From assembly GCA_040756235.1 (NCBI GenBank), contig JBFLZG010000084.1, positions 32,001 through 96,000 of the forward strand: a stretch of 64,000 nucleotides of DNA. Reading direction: 5' to 3'. Positions 46,070 to 55,489 of this stretch are shown here, piece after piece (the first letter of the stretch is position 1; each line of letters opens with the position of its first letter). Below the pieces are notes generated by a model. That model did not search any database. It had not been told where the DNA came from and saw only the letters and a program-made list of their open reading frames with translations. The DNA is from a bacterium. GTDB lineage: Bacteria > Desulfobacterota > DSWW01. The position numbers were made by a program, and so were the translations under genes.

Positions 46070-48769
46070 ATGCCGATGCCCCGTAGACTGTTGCCACTCT
46101 TGAGCGGGGTGCTCCACCGGGTGCAAGGGCTCGCACGCCGGCTCTGGGAAGGGCTCCTCGTCTTTCTCGAAGTGATCGGCCTCCGTCCGGAAAAGCCTCC
46201 GGACCCTGCGCTCCAGCTCGCCCGCTTCAAGCTCTATCACGCCGAGTTCCGCAAGCTCCTGGCCGCCAACAACAGCTTTCTGGAGATCACCGCCGAGCTG
46301 GGACAGAAGCGCCTGGAGGGCGGCCCGATCGACCGCGCCTACGTGCAGCGCAAGGCCGTCCGCGCCGTCACCGACATCCACACCATGGTGGAGAGCGTCA
46401 ACGCCATCTCGACCGGCAGGTATCCGGGGGTGCGCGAGGCCTTTGACCGGATCGCGAGCGAGCTGACCTCCGTCCTGCAAACGGAAAGCCCCTCGGAGAG
46501 CGCGGAGCTCGTGCTTGAGATGCCGACCATCCACGCCGGCCACGCCGACCTCGTAGGCGGCAAGATGGCGAATCTGGGCGAGCTGCGCAACCGCCTGCAG
46601 CTGCCTGTGCCCGACGGCTTCGCGGTGACGACCGAAGGCTTCCGTCTCGCTCTGGAGGAGGGCGGGATCTGGTCCTGGATCCAGAGCGAGCATCTGGATT
46701 TGCTGTCGGCCGACGACCTCGAAACCTGGAGCCGCAACCTCCGGGAGCAGATTCGAGGGCTCCCCATCCCCCGTCTCCTGGAACGGGAGATCCTGCTGGC
46801 CTATGACCGGATGGCCGCCCGGATCGGAGGTGAGCCGCGTCTTGCGGTCCGCTCCAGTGCGCTCGGCGAGGACGGCGACCTCTCGTTCGCAGGTCAGTTT
46901 CTAACCATCCTCAACGTGTCCAGGGAGGGGCTGCTCGACGCCTACCGACAGGTGCTGGCCAGCCTCTTCTCGCCGGAGGCGGTCCACTACAGGCTCCTGC
47001 ACGGGGTGCCCGGGGAGTCCGCGGAAATGGCCGTGGGCGTGGTCGCCATGATTGAAGCGGTCGCCAGCGGCGTCATCTTCTCACGGGACCCCAGCAGGCC
47101 GGACGCCGACGAGGTCCTGATCCAGGCCATCCGCGGCCTTGGGGTCGCGCTGGCGGAGGGGAGCGCTTTTCCCGAAGAGATCCGCGTGCCCCGGGGGGAC
47201 GGGCCGGGCCGGCTGGTGCGGACCCCGGCGGCCCAGGCGGCACGCATCGTTTCCAGCCGCGGGGCCGGTCTTCAGGAAGCGGTCCTCGATCCCGAGGAGG
47301 CGGCCCTGCCTTGCATCACCGATGAGGAATCGGCCCTGCTTGCCCGCTGGGCCGTCCGGCTGGAGTCCCACTTCCACGGACCTCAGGACGTGGAGTGGGC
47401 CATGGGAGCGGACCGTAAGATCGTCCTGCTGCAGGCAAGGCCCCTGCGTCTGGCCGCACGCGGGCGGGCCAGGGCGGAGCGCCCTTTGCCCGGCTTTCGC
47501 CTGCTCCTGGAAGGGGGCGAGACGGCCTGCCCGGGGGTCGGCGCCGGTCGCGCGGTCCACATGGACGAGAACGACCCCATGGACTCCTTCCCGCAAGGCG
47601 GCGTGCTCGTGGCCCGGAGGTCTTCGCCCCGGTTCGTCCGAGTCCTCTCCAGGGCCGGGGCCGTGGTCACGGACGCGGGCAGCACGACCGGGCACATGGC
47701 TTCGCTGGCGCGCGAGCTGCGGGTCCCTGCGCTCCTCAACACCCGGACCGCGACTCGCTCCATTCCGGAAGGGTCCCTCGTTACGGTGGACGCCACGAGC
47801 GGCTTCGTATACGAGGGAGAGATTCCGGCCCTCGCGGCCCTCGGAGAGTCTACGGTGCCCGATTCCCCGCCCCCGTCCCCGCTGCAGGCCAGGGGACGGA
47901 CGCCCGCCGGCGATCTGCTGGAACAGATCCTGGAACGGATTTCCCCTCTGAACCTGGCCGACCCCCGTTCCGCCTCCTTCACCCCGGAACGGTGCCGTAC
48001 GCTTCACGATCTGGCGCGCTACATCCACGAGAGGTCCTACGCCGAGATGTTCGGGATGGGCGGCAAGCTGGGGGACGCGCGCAGCTCGAGCTTCCAGCTG
48101 GACGTCTTCCTGCCCATCGATCTCTACATCATCGATCTCGGCGGCGGGCTCGAGCAAGGGGTTTCCGGCCGCAAGGTCAAGCCTTCCCAGATCGTGTCGG
48201 TCCCTCTATCGGCCTTTCTCCGCGGCATGTTGAACGAGCGGATTCCCAGGTTCGGGCCCAGGCCGATGGACGTGGGCGGCTTCTTTTCCGTGATGATGCG
48301 CCACGCTACGACCAATCCCGAGCAGGACGCGACCTTTTCGGACCCGTGCTATGCCTTGATCTCGGACTCTTATCTGAACTACACGGCCCGGGTGGGATAC
48401 CATTTCAGCGTGGTGGATGCTTACTGCAGCAGCAGCGCCAACAAGAACTACATCAACCTGCTTTTCCGCGGCGGCGCGGCGGACGGCGTCCGCAGGAACC
48501 GCCGCGTCCGGGCGATCGCCGGGGTCCTCGGCAGGAAAGGCTTTTCCGTGGACGTCCGGCAGGACACGGTCACGGCCCGGCTGAACAAGGCGTCTGCGGA
48601 AGAGTCCACGGCCAGCCTGGAGATGATCGGCGCGGCGTTCCAGTTCTTCCGTCAGATGGACGTCGCCATGGTGGACGAAGAATCCGTGCGGCTGTTCGAG
48701 GAGGCATTCATCAGCGGAGACTACGAGCTGAAGGAGGTCAAAGGGGAAGGGTCGGAATTGAAGGCATAA
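46070..48769 (+). CDS. PEP synthase/pyruvate-phosphate-dikinase-like protein (ATP-grasp plus phospho-His swivel; no recognisable PEP-binding barrel)
   Basis: VGGKMANLGE, PDGFAVT, AVRSSALGED..FAGQF, PQDVEWA, LLQARP, GSTTGHMASLAREL; C-terminal TLHDLARYIHE...RVGYHFS domain. Confidence 0.85.
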   Translation: MPMPRRLLPLLSGVLHRVQGLARRLWEGLLVFLEVIGLRPEKPPDPALQLARFKLYHAEFRKLLAANNSFLEITAELGQKRLEGGPIDRAYVQRKAVRAVTDIHTMVESVNAISTGRYPGVREAFDRIASELTSVLQTESPSESAELVLEMPTIHAGHADLVGGKMANLGELRNRLQLPVPDGFAVTTEGFRLALEEGGIWSWIQSEHLDLLSADDLETWSRNLREQIRGLPIPRLLEREILLAYDRMAARIGGEPRLAVRSSALGEDGDLSFAGQFLTILNVSREGLLDAYRQVLASLFSPEAVHYRLLHGVPGESAEMAVGVVAMIEAVASGVIFSRDPSRPDADEVLIQAIRGLGVALAEGSAFPEEIRVPRGDGPGRLVRTPAAQAARIVSSRGAGLQEAVLDPEEAALPCITDEESALLARWAVRLESHFHGPQDVEWAMGADRKIVLLQARPLRLAARGRARAERPLPGFRLLLEGGETACPGVGAGRAVHMDENDPMDSFPQGGVLVARRSSPRFVRVLSRAGAVVTDAGSTTGHMASLARELRVPALLNTRTATRSIPEGSLVTVDATSGFVYEGEIPALAALGESTVPDSPPPSPLQARGRTPAGDLLEQILERISPLNLADPRSASFTPERCRTLHDLARYIHERSYAEMFGMGGKLGDARSSSFQLDVFLPIDLYIIDLGGGLEQGVSGRKVKPSQIVSVPLSAFLRGMLNERIPRFGPRPMDVGGFFSVMMRHATTNPEQDATFSDPCYALISDSYLNYTARVGYHFSVVDAYCSSSANKNYINLLFRGGAADGVRRNRRVRAIAGVLGRKGFSVDVRQDTVTARLNKASAEESTASLEMIGAAFQFFRQMDVAMVDEESVRLFEEAFISGDYELKEVKGEGSELKA

Positions 48770-48778
48770 GAAGACCGA

Positions 48779-48801
48779 CGCCCCTCTACGAAAGAGGGGC
48801 G
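48779..48801. terminator. Hairpin between convergent genes
   Basis: CGCCCCTCT-ACGAA-AGAGGGGCG. Confidence 0.55.
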
Positions 48802-48861
48802 GAGAATGCGCAGCCGATCTTCCATCCTATCGACAGCCTCAAAAAAGGGGGGAGTTCTTTC

Positions 48862-49281
48862 TCACTCCCTGCGGCTTGCGTGGGCCAGCTCGCGCTGGAT
48901 CGTCTTCCACTCCTGCGCGTTCTCGATCGCCGAGACGAGCGTCTCGACGGGACAGGGCTTGAGAAAGACCTCGGTCGCCCCGCCTTTCAGGGCCCTTCGG
49001 GTCCGCTCCAGATCGATGTGGCCGGTCAGCAGGAGCACCGGAGTCAGCGCGTCCCCCTTGCGAATCTGCTCCAGGGTCGCCAGGCCGTCCATGCCGGGCA
49101 TTCTCACGTCCAGAAGGATCACGTCGAATTCCTCGCCCGACGTTAGGGCCAGGGCCGTCTTGCCGTCGTGAGCGCACTGCACCGCCATGCCCCGCCGGGT
49201 GAGAACTTTTTCCAGGGATCTCACGAAGGCGACTTCGTCGTCCACCAGCAGGACGCGGATCGCAGCGGGCATCGGGCTCAC
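48862..49281 (-). CDS. Single-domain response regulator
   Basis: VLLVDDE, LLDVRMPGMDG, LLTGH, LKP. Confidence 0.9.
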   Translation of the reverse strand: MSPMPAAIRVLLVDDEVAFVRSLEKVLTRRGMAVQCAHDGKTALALTSGEEFDVILLDVRMPGMDGLATLEQIRKGDALTPVLLLTGHIDLERTRRALKGGATEVFLKPCPVETLVSAIENAQEWKTIQRELAHASRRE

Positions 49282-50201
49282 CTCTGCTGCCGGAGGATGC
49301 TGACGATTTCGAAAAACAGGTCCTGTTCGCGCACCACGCCGACCGGCTGGTCCTCCTCCACGGCCAGCAGCCGCGGCACCCGCAGCCGGAGAAGGCGATG
49401 GGCGGCCTCCATCAGGTCGGCGTTCGATTGGATGAGGGGCGGAACATCCGACATGAGGGCGCGGACCGGCAGCCGGAGCATCTCCTGCACCATGATGGTG
49501 AACATGCCGCCGTGGCTCGGCGGCTCCCGGGCCTCGGCTTGCTCCGGCATCGGCTCTGCCCCGCTGCCGCCGCGCAGTTCAGGCGGCTGCAGACCCCGGA
49601 GGACATCGTGGAAGCTCAGGACGCCCAGGACCTTGCCGCGCTGGTCCAGGACGAGAATCGACCGGTGGACGGTTTCGTGCAGGCTGCTGGTGACCATGGC
49701 CCTGGCAAAGGACCGCGCGACCGTCTCGATCGCCTCGGCCACGGTGCGGTCATGGCGGATCGTGCTGAACTCGTGCAGGGGCACCATGATGTCCCTGACC
49801 CGGCGCTCGTCCCCGGACAGGGCGCGCCGCCCCTTGCATGCCTCCTGGATCTTGCAGGCGAGCAGGTCGATGTCACAGGGCTTGGAGAGATAGTCGAAGA
49901 TGCCGTCCTGCAACCCTGACAGCGCCGCCTCGTAGGAGCCGTGGGCCGTCAGGAGGATGACCTGCTGGTCCGGCCGGATGCGCCTGACCTCATGGAGGGT
50001 CTGGACCCCGTCCATGCCGGGCATCTTGAGATCGAGGACCATGACGTCGAAGGAGTCTTTCTGCACGGCTTCCACGGCCGCAGACCCGTCGGCAGCGCCT
50101 GCCACGGAAAATCCCCTCTTCCTCAGAATCGATGCGGTCGTGGTGAGGAAACGCTCCTCGTCATCGACCAGGAGGACCCGAATCGGTTGACTCCCTTGCA
50201 T
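49278..50201 (-). CDS. Response regulator receiver fused to a CBS-domain pair
   Basis: Receiver motifs, then RVRDIMVP...VLGVLSFHDVL and VRALM...VGVVREQDLF. Confidence 0.88.
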   Translation of the reverse strand: MQGSQPIRVLLVDDEERFLTTTASILRKRGFSVAGAADGSAAVEAVQKDSFDVMVLDLKMPGMDGVQTLHEVRRIRPDQQVILLTAHGSYEAALSGLQDGIFDYLSKPCDIDLLACKIQEACKGRRALSGDERRVRDIMVPLHEFSTIRHDRTVAEAIETVARSFARAMVTSSLHETVHRSILVLDQRGKVLGVLSFHDVLRGLQPPELRGGSGAEPMPEQAEAREPPSHGGMFTIMVQEMLRLPVRALMSDVPPLIQSNADLMEAAHRLLRLRVPRLLAVEEDQPVGVVREQDLFFEIVSILRQQR

Positions 50202-50268
50202 GACGATCTCCCTTTCGCCTTTCCGAGAGACGGCCAGGGCGGCGGATCCGAGACCTCCGCACCGACCC

Positions 50269-50736
50269 TCAGTCCTGTTCGTCTTCGTCGGAGCCCTTGC
50301 CGAATACCGACATGGGGCTGCTGACGATCCGGTGGATCTTGGCCTTGCGCGCCTTTTCCTCCGCGGACTGCTTCTTGGAGAGAGCCTCTTCCGCCTTGGC
50401 CAGCAGGTCCGGGATGTCGACCGGTTTCATCACGTAGTCGAAGGCGCCCAGCTTCAGCCCCTCCACCGCGGATTCGACCGAGGCGTGGCCCGTGAGCAGA
50501 ATGACCTCCACGAGCTCATGCTTCTGTTTGATCCGGCGCAGCACCTCCACGCCGTCCATTCCCGGCATCTTCACGTCCAGGACCACCACGTCGAACGGCC
50601 GGCTTGCCAGAATCTCCAGCGCATCCGGTCCGTTCGTGGCGGTGGCCGTCTCCACCCCCCGCTTCTCCAGCAGGATTCGGGTGGTCGCCAGGAAGCGCTC
50701 CTCATCGTCCACCAGCAGTAAACGCATCCTGCTCAT
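50269..50736 (-). CDS. Single-domain response regulator
   Basis: LLVDDE, VLDVKMPGMDG, LLTGHAS, DYVMKP. Confidence 0.92.
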   Translation of the reverse strand: MSRMRLLLVDDEERFLATTRILLEKRGVETATATNGPDALEILASRPFDVVVLDVKMPGMDGVEVLRRIKQKHELVEVILLTGHASVESAVEGLKLGAFDYVMKPVDIPDLLAKAEEALSKKQSAEEKARKAKIHRIVSSPMSVFGKGSDEDEQD

Positions 50737-50746
50737 TGCGATCTCC

Positions 50747-52489
50747 TCAGGTGTCGTGTATCGGGTGTCGAGTGTCGGGTGTCGAGTGTCGAGTGTCAGC
50801 CCGCGCAGCCGGCCCTCCCACAGGCAGGTGAACGGTGAAGACGCTCCCCGCGTTCAACTCGCTCGATACGGTGATTCGGCCTCCGAGCCGCTCGACGATG
50901 CCGTAGCAGGTGCTCAGGCCGAGCCCGGTGCCCTGTCCCACCGGCTTGGTGGTAAAGAAGGGCATGAAAATCTTCTCGAGGTTCTCCTGAGGGATCCCGC
51001 ATCCGTTGTCCGCAATCGAGACGGTCACCTGTCCGTCCTGGCCGCCCGCGGCGGTCACGCGGATCTGAGCGTCCGGCCTGCCGCGGACGGCATAGAGGGC
51101 GTTGTTGAGCAGGTTCAGGAAGACCTGCTGCAACTGACCCGGGTCGGTGTTCAGAGCCGGCAGTCCCTGATCGTTCTTCTCCACGATGCGGACGTTTTCC
51201 AGCAGCGCCCTGTGCTCCACCATGGCGACGACCTCGTGGAGGAAGACGGGCAGCTCGATCGGTTGCAGGGTTGCCTCTGCCTTCCGGGCGAATTTCAGGA
51301 GCCCCTGCGTGATTTGCTTGCACCGGTCGATCTGCAGGTTGATCTGATCCGCCGAGTCCCGGACCTGAGCGAGGTCGTCAGGGTTTGGCGCCTCGTTGCG
51401 GGTTGCGGAGTCTTGGAGGATCTCGCAGATCAGCGTGTACTCGGATTTCATGACCTGCAAGGGATTGTTGATTTCGTGGGCCACCCCGGCGCTCATCTCG
51501 CCCAACTCCGCCAGCCTGCCGGCCATGATCAGCTGGCTGCCCATCTCGCGCTTTTCCAGATCCGCGATCCTGAGCTTGTTGGCCAGGCCCGAGGCCAGGA
51601 CGAACCCGATGAACACCACGACCCCTCCTCCCAGCACGATGACGGCCACCGCGATCAGGACGGCCCGAATCAGAGGGGTGTACGCTTCGGCCGCCTCCTG
51701 ACGGACCACCAGGAGCCACCCGGTCTGCCGCAGGCGGCCCGTGGCGTACAGGTAGCGGCCGCCGGAGCGGTCCTTGCCGGAGAAGGACAGGATCTCGCGC
51801 GGCTCGCTGCGGTAAAGGGCGTGATCCGGATCGACCTCCATGAGCTCCCCGCCGGACCTGCGCGGGGTCTCGAAGACTCCCTCCTGGTTGATCAGGAACG
51901 CTTCGCCGGTCTTTCCCACGCGGATGCTTTCCACCAGGTCGTTGAAGAAGAGCGTGTCGATCGTGGCACGCAGGATCCACGTCCGGCCCCGGCTCTCCTG
52001 GCGGACCGCGATCACGAAATGCGGGATGTTGCGGAAGCCCAGGAACACGTCGGAAATGTACACCGGCTTCTGCCGGACTTCCTGGAACCAGGTCGCCTGC
52101 GCGTAGTTCTTGCTCTTGAGGTTTTCGTAGGGGCCCGCATAGGCCACATGGTTTCCCTGTTCGTCGATGATGCCGAGATCGAGGAACGCCTGGGAGCCCT
52201 GCTGCAGCTTTTCCAGAGTGCGTTCCACAAGGCCCTCCTCGGCGAGGTCTTCGAAGCGCCACGAGGCGGCCACGTACTGCAGGTCAGCGGTCCGCTCATC
52301 CAGGAACTGCTCGATGATCCTGCGGTGTCCGTCGACGATGCGGACGAGCTTGGCCGCAACTTGGTAGCGCAGATTGACGGCGAAGTGATAGACCAGGGTG
52401 CCGCACACGAGCAGAACCACCACCAGCGGCGCCAGCAGGGCCTGTCTCAGAATCATGTTCCGGGTGCGCCGGAAGACCTCGGATCCCAT
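50747..52489 (-). CDS. Sensor histidine kinase with Cache-like extracytoplasmic domain
   Basis: Two TM helices, YAGPY..KNY..WF, GVAHEINNPL, NLLNNA, DNGCGI, FFTTK..GTGLGL; start reassigned to ATG 52489. Confidence 0.9.
   Translation of the reverse strand: MGSEVFRRTRNMILRQALLAPLVVVLLVCGTLVYHFAVNLRYQVAAKLVRIVDGHRRIIEQFLDERTADLQYVAASWRFEDLAEEGLVERTLEKLQQGSQAFLDLGIIDEQGNHVAYAGPYENLKSKNYAQATWFQEVRQKPVYISDVFLGFRNIPHFVIAVRQESRGRTWILRATIDTLFFNDLVESIRVGKTGEAFLINQEGVFETPRRSGGELMEVDPDHALYRSEPREILSFSGKDRSGGRYLYATGRLRQTGWLLVVRQEAAEAYTPLIRAVLIAVAVIVLGGGVVVFIGFVLASGLANKLRIADLEKREMGSQLIMAGRLAELGEMSAGVAHEINNPLQVMKSEYTLICEILQDSATRNEAPNPDDLAQVRDSADQINLQIDRCKQITQGLLKFARKAEATLQPIELPVFLHEVVAMVEHRALLENVRIVEKNDQGLPALNTDPGQLQQVFLNLLNNALYAVRGRPDAQIRVTAAGGQDGQVTVSIADNGCGIPQENLEKIFMPFFTTKPVGQGTGLGLSTCYGIVERLGGRITVSSELNAGSVFTVHLPVGGPAARADTRHSTPDTRHPIHDT
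50749..50798. repeat. Degenerate 7-bp tandem repeat (RGTGTCG) at the kinase 3' end
   Basis: GGTGTCG TGTATCG GGTGTCG AGTGTCG GGTGTCG AGTGTCG AGTGTCA; encodes the DTRHSTPDTRH tail. Confidence 0.75.
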
Positions 52490-52554
52490 GAGCTGCCGTC
52501 TCCCAGATGGGGTCACGCCACTGTAAACCGGATGCAGCTTGAAGCTGTCGGGAG

Positions 52555-52913
52555 ATTGCGAGCGTAGCGAAGCAACCTCCCTGGCCCCGGGGGTTGCTTC
52601 GGTCGCCTTTGGCTCCCTCGCAATGTCCGCAACATTTCGTGTCCGTCCGCGCTCCGCCCGCTCCATGCGGGTTTGGCTGCGGATGAGGCCGTGTCTCTTT
52701 CGTCACCCCGGCGCAGGCCGGAATCCAGTCCCTGCTTCAACCGTTGTCCTTGATGCAGGCTCCTGGATCCCGGTTTGCACGCGCTCCGCACCTGGGCCGG
52801 GACGACGAAGTCGAGACGGCCTCGCAGGCCCGAATGAGGCTTGGCTCTTCTCCGTCACCCCGGCGCAGGCCGGGGTCCAGCCCCTGCACCCGGTAATTGC
52901 CTGCGAATGACGG
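52555..52913. repeat. Cluster of REP/BIME-like palindromes
   Basis: ATTGCGAGCGTAGCGAAGCAAC...GTTGCTTCG...CTCGCAAT (52555-52624); CGTCACCCCGGCGCAGGCCGGRRTCCAG at 52701 and 52853, with degenerate inverted partners. Confidence 0.7.
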
Positions 52914-52939
52914 AGGAACTCCTTCCATCCCGTCGGCCT

Positions 52940-53428
52940 TCACGACCCCTTCTCCAGCTCCCTCAGGCGCCGCAGCGTGGCGAGCGCCGATTCGCCGCCG
53001 GCCGTCTGGAGGAGCTCGTCCAGGCGCTCCTCCCGGATCTTGGTCTTGTTCATGACCCGCTTCTTGTAAGCCTGGGCGAGCACTTCCAGGAGGCGCTCGA
53101 GCTCGCACGGCTTCTGCAGATAGTTGTAGGCGCCGCCCCGCGTGCACTCCACCGCGGAATCGATGGAGCCGTGCCCGGTCAGGATGACCACCTCCATCCA
53201 GGGGTGCTCCTTTTTCAGCGCCTCGAGGGTGGCCTCGCCGTTCATGCCCGGCATCTTCAGGTCGACCACGGCGACGTCGACCGGCTGTTGGCGGGCCGCC
53301 TCGAGCGCCTTCTCGCCGCGGTTGACGGCGATCACGTCGAAGCCGCGCACCGCCAGGCGCTTCCTCATCGACTCGAGGAACTGCTCCTCGTCATCCACGA
53401 TCAGCAGATGGATCTTGTCTTCTTCCAT
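52940..53428 (-). CDS. Single-domain response regulator
   Basis: LLIVDDE, VDLKMPG, ILTGHGS, YLQKP. Confidence 0.92.
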   Translation of the reverse strand: MEEDKIHLLIVDDEEQFLESMRKRLAVRGFDVIAVNRGEKALEAARQQPVDVAVVDLKMPGMNGEATLEALKKEHPWMEVVILTGHGSIDSAVECTRGGAYNYLQKPCELERLLEVLAQAYKKRVMNKTKIREERLDELLQTAGGESALATLRRLRELEKGS

Positions 53429-53455
53429 CGAAGGCTCCTTCACATCCTGTGACGG

Positions 53456-55489
53456 TCAGGGACTCAACCATTTCCAATAACCGAAAAAAGCCCAACCCCA
53501 GAGGACCGCGAAATTCAGGGCCAGGACGGCGGTGCCGTGGACCAGGAAGTCTCTCGGCGTCACCATCCGTTCCCCGGTTTCGGGGTCCCGGGCCAGGCTG
53601 TACACGATCGCGTTGCCCGGCGTCGCGATGACGAGCAGATTGGCGAACGAGGAGGCGAAGGCGACGGCCAGCCCCACCGCGATCGCCGAGGTCCCTGAGA
53701 GGGCGGCCAGGGGGGCGGCAACCGGCCCGACGGCCGCTACTGCGGCGCCGTCTCCCGTGAGGTTCGAAAGGAGGCCGGCCGCCAGGCTCGCCGCGACGCA
53801 CAGCCCCGCGCCGGTCTCCATGAAATCCGGCAAGAGTTTCATGAAGGATTGAGCCATCCAGAGCGAGGCGCCGGTCGCGGCCAGCCCGGTGCCCACGGCC
53901 GTCGCCGCCGCGTAGATGGCCACGATTTCCCAGTGGATGGAACGGATCTGGTCCCACCGGAGAACTCCCATGAAGTGGAGCACCACGAGCGCGAGGATCA
54001 CCGGGCCGCCCATGCCGAACCGGTCGGAGACGGTCAACCAGAGCAGGACCAGCACGGCCAGCACGGCCGTGGTGCGGAGCTCCGCGGCGCTCATCGGCCC
54101 CATCTTCCGGGACTCTTTCCGCGCCTCGTCGGCCACGTTCAGCTTCCGGGCTTTGAGCGCTCTGCGGCAGATCAGGAGGAAATAGAGCCCCACGGTAATG
54201 GCTGCCGCGGGCACGAAGGGCAGCCCCAGCGCAACCCACTGCCCGAAAGAGACGTGGACCCCATGGTCCGAAAGGATACCCAGCAGGAGGGCATTGCGCC
54301 CTCCTGCGGCCGGGGAGCCGGGGCCTCCGAGGTTGGCCGCGTAAGCGAGCGCGAGGAACAGCGCGACCGCGAGAGATTTGCCCTTGCAGTCTCCCACCGT
54401 CCTGAAGCCGGCCTTGTAAGCGACCAGCAGCACCGGGGCCAGAAGCGCGATCAGCACGTGCCCGGGGAGGAACGAGGCCGCGACCGCCACCATGGGGACG
54501 GACAGGAGGAGGTGCTTGGGAACCGACGTGCCCGCCCGGAGCAGGAAGAAACCGATGCGCCGGTCCAGGCCGCTCGCGGACATGGCGGCGGCCAGGGCGA
54601 GCAGGCCGAACAGGAACACGACCGAATCCTTGACAAAGGCCTGCGCCACCCGCTCCGGAGGCAGCACCTCCAGGAAGTACATGAGAGCGCCCGCCACGAG
54701 CGCCGTCACGCCGACGGGCAGCGCGCCGGCAGCCCAGAACAGGACCGACACCGCGAGCACCCCGATCATGACCTGGGCGCGCCTGGCGGCCGCGCTGGCC
54801 GGCTCTGACCTCGGCCCGGTCGGCGCGCCTCCGGCCCCGGCCTCCGCCGGGTCGAGGCCCGCCGGCTCCGAAGCGAGGCCCGTGCTCAACGGAGGAGTCG
54901 CTCCGGCCCCTGCGCCGCCGGCGAGAAGACTCACCAGCCCCTCTGCCGGCGGCAGCAGGCAGAGAGCGGCCAGGATCAGGGCGCCCGCCAGGAGCACTCC
55001 TGGCCGGGCCTCGTGCCGGCCGACGAGCCGTTGCTTCAGGCTGCGGCTTCTCGCTCGCGCTCCGGGCGCGCGGCTCCGTTTCATCGCATAGATCCGTTCC
55101 TGGCGCGCTGCCTCGATCCAGTCGATCATCTCATCCATGCCGCAGGGCTTGTGCATGTAGTGGAAGACGTCCAGCTTGCGAGCGTTGCGCGCGGCATCGT
55201 CGCTGCCGTGACCGGTCAGCATGATCACCTGCACCTCGGGCCGGAGCTTCTTGATCTCTCTGAGAGCCTGGAGGCCGTCCATCTTCGGCATCTTCTGGTC
55301 GAGGATGACCACCTCAGGACTTTCCCGGCGCACCGCCTTGACGGCGTCCGCGCCGTTGTCGACGTCGGTCACCTGATAGCCTCGGACCGACAGCTGCTTC
55401 TTCATGGCTGCCCGGAACGTGTCTTCGTCGTCGACGAGCAGCAGCTTCGGCGGTGCAGGCTCTTGCCGGCTTTCGACCTCAGCCGCCAT
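53456..55489 (-). CDS. Response-regulator receiver fused to an SLC13/DASS-family permease
   Basis: N-terminal LLVDDE..ILDQKMP..LTGHG..HKP; C-terminal multi-TM domain with ANLGGPGSPAAGGRN and IATPGNAIVY. Confidence 0.85.
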   Translation of the reverse strand: MAAEVESRQEPAPPKLLLVDDEDTFRAAMKKQLSVRGYQVTDVDNGADAVKAVRRESPEVVILDQKMPKMDGLQALREIKKLRPEVQVIMLTGHGSDDAARNARKLDVFHYMHKPCGMDEMIDWIEAARQERIYAMKRSRAPGARARSRSLKQRLVGRHEARPGVLLAGALILAALCLLPPAEGLVSLLAGGAGAGATPPLSTGLASEPAGLDPAEAGAGGAPTGPRSEPASAAARRAQVMIGVLAVSVLFWAAGALPVGVTALVAGALMYFLEVLPPERVAQAFVKDSVVFLFGLLALAAAMSASGLDRRIGFFLLRAGTSVPKHLLLSVPMVAVAASFLPGHVLIALLAPVLLVAYKAGFRTVGDCKGKSLAVALFLALAYAANLGGPGSPAAGGRNALLLGILSDHGVHVSFGQWVALGLPFVPAAAITVGLYFLLICRRALKARKLNVADEARKESRKMGPMSAAELRTTAVLAVLVLLWLTVSDRFGMGGPVILALVVLHFMGVLRWDQIRSIHWEIVAIYAAATAVGTGLAATGASLWMAQSFMKLLPDFMETGAGLCVAASLAAGLLSNLTGDGAAVAAVGPVAAPLAALSGTSAIAVGLAVAFASSFANLLVIATPGNAIVYSLARDPETGERMVTPRDFLVHGTAVLALNFAVLWGWAFFGYWKWLSP

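Noticed and set aside
52490..52666. N-terminal extension of the kinase ORF to 52666
   Set aside because: The extension runs through REP-like repeats; ATG 52489 precedes the first TM helix and fits the paralogous kinase better.
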